64,000 bases of DNA from Frankiaceae bacterium. GTDB lineage: Bacteria > Actinomycetota > Actinomycetes > Mycobacteriales > SCTD01. Position numbers and translations under genes: made by a program. The stretch is taken from positions 1,653 through 65,652 of the forward strand of contig JAENVS010000012.1 in the NCBI GenBank assembly GCA_016650445.1. The letters are read 5' to 3'. Under the pieces are notes generated by a model. The model worked only from the letters and a program-made list of their open reading frames with translations. It made no database searches and was not told the DNA's origin. Below, in pieces: positions 57,085 through 64,000 of this stretch. Each line of letters opens with the position of its first letter. Position 1 is the first letter of the stretch.

Positions 57085-58644
57085 TTAGGGCTCGTACGGC
57101 TTCGACGTGTACTTCAGGCAGCTGCAGCCGGCGTCCATCATCAGGTTGCGGAACAGCGCCACGCCGTCGTGCTGGCCGGGCCCGATCCGGTTGCCGTAGT
57201 TGTACGGCGACCGGTAGGACGTGCCCAGCGCTTCGCCGCCGGCGATCATCTGGGACAGCAGCGTGCCGCCCGCCCGCTCGATGATCGCCTCGGCGAACCA
57301 CGCGTACTCGCAGGAGCCGATAGCCACCTGCTGCGTCTGCGCCTGCGCGACGGGCAACCCCTTCTTACGCATGATCGCGAAGCACCGTTCTCGCTGCGGG
57401 TTCAGCGCGATCCCGGCGTCGTTTGTTGCCGCGGTGTCGAACGAGTCGATGGCGATCATCCCGACCAGCTGATCCTGCGGATGACTGCTGAAGTCGGGCG
57501 CGTTGTTGGTGTTGAACCCGTACCGCGGGTAGTAGTTCTGCGACTTCGCGTTCTGCAGGAACAACAGGGTCAGGCCCGCACCCGTGAAGATCCCGGCCGG
57601 CCCGTCGGCGATGAAGACGTGGTCGATGCCGGCTTGGCGGAAGGCCAGCACCGCGGAGCTGATCGCGGGCCCGGCATCGGCGATGCCCTTGTCGCTCTGC
57701 GGGATGGCGACCCACTTGACCAAGGGCGCCGCAAGCCCCGCCTCGCGCATCGCGGGAAGCCAGCCCTTGTCCATGGCGTAGCGGTAGTCGGTGTTGTCCC
57801 AGCTGACGATCCCGATCTTTCCCGTCGGCCACTTCGTGTCAGGCTTGTGCCAACCCGCCTGGACCATCGCCTTCACCGTGACGGCGGCCAGGCGCTCGAA
57901 CCGCATGCCGGCCGCGGCGAACATGTTCGGATAGCGGGCGAAGACCGGACCACTTCCGCTGTCGCCGCTGACGACGATCCCGGCCTTCTTGCCGCACTCA
58001 TAGGTGATCTCGCCGCGGAAGAAGATCATCAGGACCTTGTTGTCCTTCGTGAACGTCTCGCACGCCTCCTGCTGCGACGCCTCGATGTTGTCGCTGGCAC
58101 TGATCTCGTGCCAGACCGGCACGAGCTTGCGACCGAGGACGCCGCCGCGGCTGTTGACGTCGTCGAGGGCGGCCTGGGCGTATCGCCTCGTGTCGCCCGG
58201 GTCCTCACCGCCTGCACCGAGCGCGGCGTTGGCTGCTGCGCAGTCGCTGCAGTACGGGATGCCCAGGCGGATCTCGGTGGCCGTGACACCGGGGCCCACC
58301 CCTTGCGCGCTGGTTCCACCCGTCGTCCCACTCCCGGCGGGGCCGCCGGTCGTGCCCGTCGTGCTGCCTCCGACGCCGGTGCCCGTCGTACCGCCGGTCG
58401 TGCCCGTGAAGGTGCCGGTGCTGCCAGTGCTGCCGGTGCTGCCACCCGTCGTGCCGCCGGGGGCCGTCACCGCCGGTCCGCCGAGGCCGTCCGCCGCGGG
58501 GCTTCCTGCTCCGGGTGCCGCGTTGAATCCCGGCTGCCCCTGCTGGAGCGGACCCCCCGCGTTGGTCGTCGCGACGGTGGAGCCACAGGCGCTCAGCAGC
58601 AGCACCGCAGCCAAGGGCAGTCCGACCCTCGAGCGAGCTCTCAT
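57085..58644 (-). CDS. Lipoprotein, type-I periplasmic-binding-fold (LivJ-like) solute-binding protein with long Gly/Thr linker
   Basis: Lipobox LLLSAC, G/T/S linker, then GVTATEIRLGIPY-type start of the binding domain. Confidence 0.7.
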   Translation of the reverse strand: MRARSRVGLPLAAVLLLSACGSTVATTNAGGPLQQGQPGFNAAPGAGSPAADGLGGPAVTAPGGTTGGSTGSTGSTGTFTGTTGGTTGTGVGGSTTGTTGGPAGSGTTGGTSAQGVGPGVTATEIRLGIPYCSDCAAANAALGAGGEDPGDTRRYAQAALDDVNSRGGVLGRKLVPVWHEISASDNIEASQQEACETFTKDNKVLMIFFRGEITYECGKKAGIVVSGDSGSGPVFARYPNMFAAAGMRFERLAAVTVKAMVQAGWHKPDTKWPTGKIGIVSWDNTDYRYAMDKGWLPAMREAGLAAPLVKWVAIPQSDKGIADAGPAISSAVLAFRQAGIDHVFIADGPAGIFTGAGLTLLFLQNAKSQNYYPRYGFNTNNAPDFSSHPQDQLVGMIAIDSFDTAATNDAGIALNPQRERCFAIMRKKGLPVAQAQTQQVAIGSCEYAWFAEAIIERAGGTLLSQMIAGGEALGTSYRSPYNYGNRIGPGQHDGVALFRNLMMDAGCSCLKYTSKPYEP

Positions 58645-58826
58645 TCCGTGCACCTCCAACGGCGGGCAGCCACCCTGTGGGGGCCATCCTCGCCCGAATT
58701 GTCCAGAGCCGCTTCGTCGCCCTCGCCCAACGGGCCCGGCACGCCTCGTCGGGGGCGACGAGGCGGCACTGCGCGAGGAGCCACACAATCCCGACGATGG
58801 CTCGACCCAAGGCTCCCGGCGGTTCC

Positions 58827-59186
58827 ATGCCAGCGCGCGCAGGCCACCGCACCGTCTGCATGCTGCTTGCCGCTGTCCTGGCCACTGCGTGCGGCTCGAC
58901 CGTCCAGGGAACCAGCGCCGCGACCGGCGCCCTGACAACCGATGGCAGTGGCCCCGATGGCAGCGGTCTCGGGGCGCCTGCGTCGGACGGCTCTGGCACG
59001 GCGCCAGGCATCGGGAGCCCTGGCGCGCAGCTCTCGCCTGGTTCCGGCACCGCACCGGCTGGCGGTGGGACACCCGTTGTCACCAGCGGCCAGCGGAGGA
59101 TCACCGCTGGTGACGCCTGGCACGCTGACGGCGTCGACTGCGGCTGCCTCCACTACGACGGCCCTCGCCGCGACCTGGCCTGGTGA
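58827..59186 (+). CDS. Possible small Gly/Ser/Pro-rich lipoprotein or N-terminal remnant of an SBP paralog
   Basis: Lipobox VLATAC followed by GSTV, as in the divergent SBP. No globular domain follows. Confidence 0.3.
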   Translation: MPARAGHRTVCMLLAAVLATACGSTVQGTSAATGALTTDGSGPDGSGLGAPASDGSGTAPGIGSPGAQLSPGSGTAPAGGGTPVVTSGQRRITAGDAWHADGVDCGCLHYDGPRRDLAW

Positions 59187-59222
59187 CTCCGGCTGGCCCG
59201 AAGCCGTCTCTGCGTCGGTCCG

Positions 59223-59290
59223 TGTTGATCCACGGGCCTAATAGCGGTTTTCATCGCACCGAAACCCGATGAAAGCCCCGTCGATCAACA
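59223..59290. repeat. 68-nt long bulged hairpin (outer 14-bp arm with 1 mismatch, inner 10-bp stem)
   Basis: TGTTGATCCACGGG...CCCGTCGATCAACA encloses GGTTTTCATCG-N10-CGATGAAAGC. The local GC dips. Confidence 0.5.
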
Positions 59291-59318
59291 GAACCTGGAT
59301 TGGTATTCCCGACGCCGG

Positions 59319-60056
59319 CTAGCGGCGGCGGGTCGCGACCCGCACGCTCAACGCCATGGCGGCGACGCACCACGCGGTGACGACGGCGAACGCCGTCGCC
59401 GGATGAGCGACGTACTGACCGGTGAGGCTCCACCGCACGATGTCGGCCATGGACTCGACGGGCAGCACCCGGTGCACGGCCTGCAGCGCAGCCGGCAGCT
59501 GCTCGGCCGGGAAGTTCACCGGTGAGAACAGCAGGATGCCGATGCCGACGAACGAGCTGACCTGCTGCGTCAGCTGCGGCGGACTGGCGACCGCGATGCC
59601 ATAGCCGACCGCGGCCGACGTAGCAGCGACCAGCAGCAACGCAGGCACGACGGCGGCGTTGACCTGCAGCCCGAAGTCGAACCGGTACGACGCGACGACG
59701 AGCGCGATCACCGTGCCGGGCAGCGATGCGGCCAGCCAGTAGGTGATCTCCGACGCGAGTGGCGCCAGCCGCGGGACAGGAAGGGTCGACATCCAGTCCA
59801 GCCGGCCGGTGAGCTTGTTCTGCGCGATCTCCTGGGGAACGACGGTCAGGCCGAGCACCAGCATGGACAGGGTCGGCGCCCCCGTCGACAGGTACAGCGC
59901 GCTCTTCCCGTTGACGTCCGGCATGAGGAACGCCAGCCCGTAGACGACGCCGACCGACAGCGCGAGCTGGATGAACACGATCATCGGCAGGATGCGGCGG
60001 CGGCGCAGGAAGTCCCACCGAAGCAGCAGCGTGTAGCTACGCCAGAAGTGCCGCAT
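59319..60056 (-). CDS. ABC-2-type transporter permease
   Basis: Six hydrophobic segments. ATG 60056 overlaps the ATPase gene end. Confidence 0.8.
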   Translation of the reverse strand: MRHFWRSYTLLLRWDFLRRRRILPMIVFIQLALSVGVVYGLAFLMPDVNGKSALYLSTGAPTLSMLVLGLTVVPQEIAQNKLTGRLDWMSTLPVPRLAPLASEITYWLAASLPGTVIALVVASYRFDFGLQVNAAVVPALLLVAATSAAVGYGIAVASPPQLTQQVSSFVGIGILLFSPVNFPAEQLPAALQAVHRVLPVESMADIVRWSLTGQYVAHPATAFAVVTAWCVAAMALSVRVATRRR

Positions 60057-60981
60057 CCGCGTCCTCCTCCCTCGCCGTGACAGAGCGGACGTAGACGTCC
60101 TCGAGCGAGGCGGGCGACAGCTGGAACTCCGCGATCTCGCCGTGGGACTGCGCGTCGCGAGCCCAGCCGACCGCACGACCGGCATCAGCGAGCGATGTCT
60201 GCGCGACGAGGCGCCGACCGGCCACGGCCGGCGCGGTGAGGTAGTCCGGCAGCCGAGGCACCGGTACACCGACGTCCAGGCTGACCTCGAGCCGCAGGGC
60301 GCCACCGAGCCGCTCTTTGAGCACCGCCGGCGTACCGGTCACCTGCACCTTGCCGTGGTCGATGATCGCGAGGCGGTCCACGCAGCGCTCCGCCTCCGCC
60401 ACGTTGTGCGTGACCAGCAGCACCGCGGTGCCGTCGTCAGCGAGCCGGCGTACCTGCTCCCACAGAAGACGGCGCCGCAGCGGGTCGATGTCGTTGGTCG
60501 GCTCATCGAGGATCGCGAGGCGCACCGGGTGCACCGCCGCCATGCAGAACGCCACGAGGCGCGAGACGCCGCCGGACAGCGGAACGAGCCGGCCGCGCCA
60601 CGCGTCGAGGTCGAGTGCGGTGAGCAGCTCCTCGGTACGCCGGCGAACGGTTGCCTTGTCTCCCCCGCGCAGCCGACCCGTCAGCTCGACCGCCTCGACC
60701 GGTGTCATGCCCTCGAGCGGCGCCGAACCTTGCGGCTGGTACGAGCATGATCGCCGGGCCACGTCCGGGTTGCGGGCGACGTCGATGCCGTCGAGCAGGA
60801 TCTGTCCGGACGTCGGCCGGAGCAGGCCGAGCACCTGCGAGACGAGCGTCGTCTTGCCGGCCCCGTTGGGGCCGAGCAGCCCGAACACCTCACCCGCCCG
60901 CACGTCGAGCGAGAGGTCGTCGTTGGCCAGCACGCCGCCGCGGTACTGCTTGGTCAGGTGGCGAACCTCGAGGAGGCTCAC
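60037..60981 (-). CDS. ABC transporter ATP-binding protein (DrrA/ABC-2 type)
   Basis: GPNGAGKTT, LSGGVSR, LAILDEPTN. GTG 60981 overlaps the RHH gene stop. Confidence 0.9.
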   Translation of the reverse strand: MSLLEVRHLTKQYRGGVLANDDLSLDVRAGEVFGLLGPNGAGKTTLVSQVLGLLRPTSGQILLDGIDVARNPDVARRSCSYQPQGSAPLEGMTPVEAVELTGRLRGGDKATVRRRTEELLTALDLDAWRGRLVPLSGGVSRLVAFCMAAVHPVRLAILDEPTNDIDPLRRRLLWEQVRRLADDGTAVLLVTHNVAEAERCVDRLAIIDHGKVQVTGTPAVLKERLGGALRLEVSLDVGVPVPRLPDYLTAPAVAGRRLVAQTSLADAGRAVGWARDAQSHGEIAEFQLSPASLEDVYVRSVTAREEDADAALLA

Positions 60982-61385
60982 AGCCAGTTCGCCCCTTCGA
61001 GGTTGCGGCTGATGCGGCCCTCGAGGCGTTGAAGAACAGGGGCCGGCCCGCGGAAGGACCCGAGCACCTGGATCGACTCGATCGCCTCGTCGGCGAGCTC
61101 GGGGGTGACCGAGGACTCGATGCGCAGGATGCCGACGACGAAGACCTTCATCCGCTTGCCCTCGCGCAGCGTGTGCTCGAGGTCCCGCTTCAGGATGATC
61201 ATCATCCCCACGCAGGTCGCGTGGTCGATCGCCCGTCGGAACTCCGGCTCGTGCCGCTCGTGAACGGCGCGGATCCCGGCGCGGATCACGTCCGACCGAC
61301 TGGTGTAGAGGCCCTGCGAGACGAGGACGTCGAGCGTCCCGAGCTCGGCGGCGGACAGGTTGACGCAGACCTTCTCGGTCTCCAC
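60978..61385 (-). CDS. Ribbon-helix-helix (CopG/NikR-like) regulator with C-terminal ACT-like domain
   Basis: VNLSAAELGTLDVLVSQGLYTSRSDVIRAGIR RHH motif. GTG at 61385. Confidence 0.65.
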   Translation of the reverse strand: METEKVCVNLSAAELGTLDVLVSQGLYTSRSDVIRAGIRAVHERHEPEFRRAIDHATCVGMMIILKRDLEHTLREGKRMKVFVVGILRIESSVTPELADEAIESIQVLGSFRGPAPVLQRLEGRISRNLEGANWL

Positions 61386-61547
61386 GAGACCCCCTTCAGA
61401 TTCCTACAGGAGTATCCACGGAATACAGAAGGGGTCAAGTCTGGTCGTCCCGAACGAAAAACGCGCCCTCGGTTCTGCCGAACCGACGATGCACGCCGAG
61501 ACCGATCTCCCTGATGCTGACGACCACCACGACCACGGGAGAGCTGC

Positions 61548-62921
61548 ATGGCACTGGACACCGCCCACTGGCAGGAACGCCTCACGGCCCTCGCGGAGAA
61601 GCGGGGGGTGGTGGGCGCCTCCTTCGCCATCGCTCTCGGCGACGAGACCGTCGCGGGCGCCACCGGCGTACTGAACCTGCGAACGAAGGCGCCCGCCTCG
61701 ACGGAGAGCCTGTTCCAGATCGGGTCCATCACGAAGGTCTGGACCGCGGTGCTCGCCATGCAGCTGGTGGACGAGGGCCTCGTCGACCTCGACAAGCCGC
61801 TCGTCACCTACCTGCCCGACTTCACGGTCGCCGACCCCGAGGTGACCAGCACGGTCACGGCGCGCCACCTGCTCGCGCACACCAGCGGCATCGACGGTGA
61901 CCTGTTCCTCGACACCGGACGCGGCGACGACTGCCTCGAGAAGTACGTCGCCGCGATGGCCGACCTGAAGCAGAACCACCCGCTCGGCGCGACGATGAGC
62001 TACTGCAACTCCGGCTACATCCTGCTCGGTCGGCTCATCGAGGTCGTGCGCGGCAAGACCTGGGACACGGTCCTGCGCGAGAACCTCTTCGCCCCCCTCG
62101 GCCTCACCTCCGCCGGCACACTCCCGGAAGAGGCACTGCTGTACGGCGCCGCGACGGGCCATGTCGAGCCGCCCGGCGCGGACGAGCCGGCCGTCACGCC
62201 GCAGTGGGGCATCTACCGCTCCTGCGGGCCCGCGGGTCTGATCCACATGACCGCGACCGACCTGCTCGCGTTCGCCCGCCTGCACCTCGACGGCGGCGTG
62301 ACCAAGGACGGCACGCGGATCCTGACCGAGGCCTCCATCACCGCCATGCAGCAGCCCGAGGTCGACATCCCCGACCGCTGGACGCTTGCCGACCAGTGGG
62401 GCCTCGGCTGGTTCCTGATGGACTGGGACGGCCGCAAGGTCTACGGCCACGACGGTGCGACGCTCGGCCAGGGCGGCTTCCTGCGGATCCTCCCGGACAC
62501 CGGGCTGTCCGTCGCGCTGCTGGCCAACGGCGGACACATGCGTGAGCTGTTCACGGACCTGTTCAGCGAGGTGTTCAGCGAGCTCGCGGGCGTCGAGATG
62601 CCCGACTGGCCCACTCCCGTCGACGATCCCGGTGAGCTCGATGCGTCGGCCTACGTCGGCAGCTACGTCCGCGAGGGTGTCGAGATGACGGTCGAGGCCG
62701 ACGGCTCCGACCTCAAGGCGACCGTGCGCCCGACCGGCCCGCTCGCCGAGACCATGGGTGAGCGCGAGCCGACCGTGATGACGCTGCGCCGCTTCGAGGG
62801 CGATGCGTTCGTCGCCCGCGAGAAGGCGGACGACCCGTGGACGCCGGCGGTGTTCTTCAGCCTTCCGGACGGCGGTCGCTATCTGCACTTCGGTGCCCGT
62901 GCGACCCCGCGGGTGGGCTGA
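61548..62921 (+). CDS. Beta-lactamase-fold serine hydrolase
   Basis: SITK (SxxK), YCNSGY and HDG motifs. Confidence 0.85.
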   Translation: MALDTAHWQERLTALAEKRGVVGASFAIALGDETVAGATGVLNLRTKAPASTESLFQIGSITKVWTAVLAMQLVDEGLVDLDKPLVTYLPDFTVADPEVTSTVTARHLLAHTSGIDGDLFLDTGRGDDCLEKYVAAMADLKQNHPLGATMSYCNSGYILLGRLIEVVRGKTWDTVLRENLFAPLGLTSAGTLPEEALLYGAATGHVEPPGADEPAVTPQWGIYRSCGPAGLIHMTATDLLAFARLHLDGGVTKDGTRILTEASITAMQQPEVDIPDRWTLADQWGLGWFLMDWDGRKVYGHDGATLGQGGFLRILPDTGLSVALLANGGHMRELFTDLFSEVFSELAGVEMPDWPTPVDDPGELDASAYVGSYVREGVEMTVEADGSDLKATVRPTGPLAETMGEREPTVMTLRRFEGDAFVAREKADDPWTPAVFFSLPDGGRYLHFGARATPRVG

Positions 62922-62922
62922 C

Positions 62923-64000
62923 ATGACCGACGCATCGATGAGTCAAGGGGCGCTGCAGGACAAGGTCACCGAGCTGGCCAAGGAGTTCGACGTACCAGGC
63001 GTCTCGGTCGGTGTCTTCCACGACGGCGTGGAGCACTACGGGTATGCCGGCGTCACGTGCCTCGAGAACCCGCTGCCGGTCGACGAGAAGACGCTGTTCC
63101 AGTTCGGCTCGACCGGCAAGACCTACACCGCGACCGCGGTGATGCGCCTCGTCGAGCAGGGCAAGGTCGACCTCGACGCACCGGTGCGCACCTACCTCCC
63201 GGAGTTCGCGCTGCGCGACGAGGAGGTCGCCAAGAACGTCACGGTCCTGCAGCTCCTCAACCACACAGCTGGTTGGGAGGGCGACATGATGGACAACACC
63301 GGCGACGGCGACGACGCCCTCGAGAAGTACGTCGCTCGGATGGAACGGCTGCAGCAGGTCAGCCCGCTGGGAGCGACGGTCTCCTACAACAACGCGTCGC
63401 TGTCCGTCGCCGGGCTCATCATCGCTCGCGTCTGCGGAACGACGTACGAGCAGGCGATCCGCGACCTGCTGCTCGACCCGATGGGGTTGTCGCACACGTT
63501 CTTCTTTCCCAACGAGATCATGACGCGCCGCTTCGCGGTCGGCCACAACAAGAGCGAGGAAGACGGCACCATCTCGATCGCCCGACCGTGGGCGATGGCC
63601 CGTGGCAACGCACCCGCCGGCGGCATGAGCGCCACCGCCCGCGACCAGATCGCGTGGGCCCGCTTCCACCTCGGCGATGGCACAGCCGACGACGGCACGA
63701 CGCTGCTGAGCAAGGAGAACCTGCAGCGGATGCAGGAGCCGACGTTCGACATGGCCGGCAGTGCTCTCGGTGATGCCGTGGGGATCAGCTGGCTGCTCGC
63801 CCAGGTCGACGGCGTCAAGAGCGTCGGCCACGGCGGTACGACGAACGGCCAGCACTCCGACTTCACGATGGTCCCGGACCGCGGCTTCGCGGTGATCTCA
63901 ATGACGAACTGCGGACCCAACGGCCCGCAGTTCAACCACGAGATCGTGAAGTGGGCGCTCGAGCACTTCGTCGGGCTCAAGGACCCGGAGCCGGAGCCGA
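62923..64000 (+). CDS. Beta-lactamase-fold serine hydrolase (3' end outside the window)
   Basis: Own translation from ATG 62923: MTDASMSQGALQDK..FQFGSTGKTYTA (SxxK), YNNAS, HGGTTNG. No stop before the window end, hence absent from the ORF track. Confidence 0.8.
   Translation, partial: MTDASMSQGALQDKVTELAKEFDVPGVSVGVFHDGVEHYGYAGVTCLENPLPVDEKTLFQFGSTGKTYTATAVMRLVEQGKVDLDAPVRTYLPEFALRDEEVAKNVTVLQLLNHTAGWEGDMMDNTGDGDDALEKYVARMERLQQVSPLGATVSYNNASLSVAGLIIARVCGTTYEQAIRDLLLDPMGLSHTFFFPNEIMTRRFAVGHNKSEEDGTISIARPWAMARGNAPAGGMSATARDQIAWARFHLGDGTADDGTTLLSKENLQRMQEPTFDMAGSALGDAVGISWLLAQVDGVKSVGHGGTTNGQHSDFTMVPDRGFAVISMTNCGPNGPQFNHEIVKWALEHFVGLKDPEPEP

Noticed and set aside
58300-58500. Imperfect short tandem repeats (GGTGCTGCC/GGTCGTGCC-like units) that could be mistaken for a repeat array
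   Set aside because: They encode the in-frame Gly/Thr/Ser linker of the SBP lipoprotein (GGTTGGSTGSTGSTG...). There is no spacer-repeat periodicity of CRISPR type. I noticed no CRISPR array anywhere in the window by eye, but a dedicated tool should confirm this.

Overview
This is a high-GC (roughly 70%) actinobacterial chromosomal segment, densely coded on both strands. I called genes from protein motifs in the supplied ORF track, re-derived starts from the nucleotide sequence, and discarded GC-driven antisense shadow ORFs. From 1 to about 22.9 kb the core genes follow the Mycobacterium tuberculosis Rv2464c-Rv2478c and Rv2510c-Rv2511 order: nei, rpiB, Rv2466c-like DsbA reductase, pepN, DUF5130, HNH, glbO, ettA, ssb paralog, HerA-like ATPase, orn. 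malQ, an amidase, GNATs, mscS, tRNA-Arg(TCT) and tRNA-His(GTG) are interspersed. The most interesting object is a 1.88-kb insertion (16012-17890) bounded by 20/21-nt inverted repeats that exactly fills the vanZ-ettA gap. It carries a TnpB-related ORF with no zinc-ribbon cysteines and no acidic residue at the RuvC-III position. Its 3' part is strongly structured and it has no stop codon of its own. It is a candidate nuclease-dead, RNA-guided DNA-binding element. Downstream of tRNA-His lies a small vapBC islet flanked by direct repeats. Next comes a yybP-ykoY (Mn2+) riboswitch heading a translationally coupled TerC-USP-MBL(LPXTG)-SDR-CocE/NonD(LPXTG) operon. A PucR/reductase/desaturase module follows. 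The rest is a large accessory region rich in D-amino-acid and peptide salvage enzymes: two D-aminoacylases, NSAR plus GNAT, M20 peptidase, GGT and five beta-lactamase-fold hydrolases. This region includes an unusual fully fused Liv-type ABC system (LivH-LivM-LivG fusion, MFS-LivF fusion, small lipoprotein, two paralogous membrane proteins). I found no CRISPR array, integrase or rRNA.
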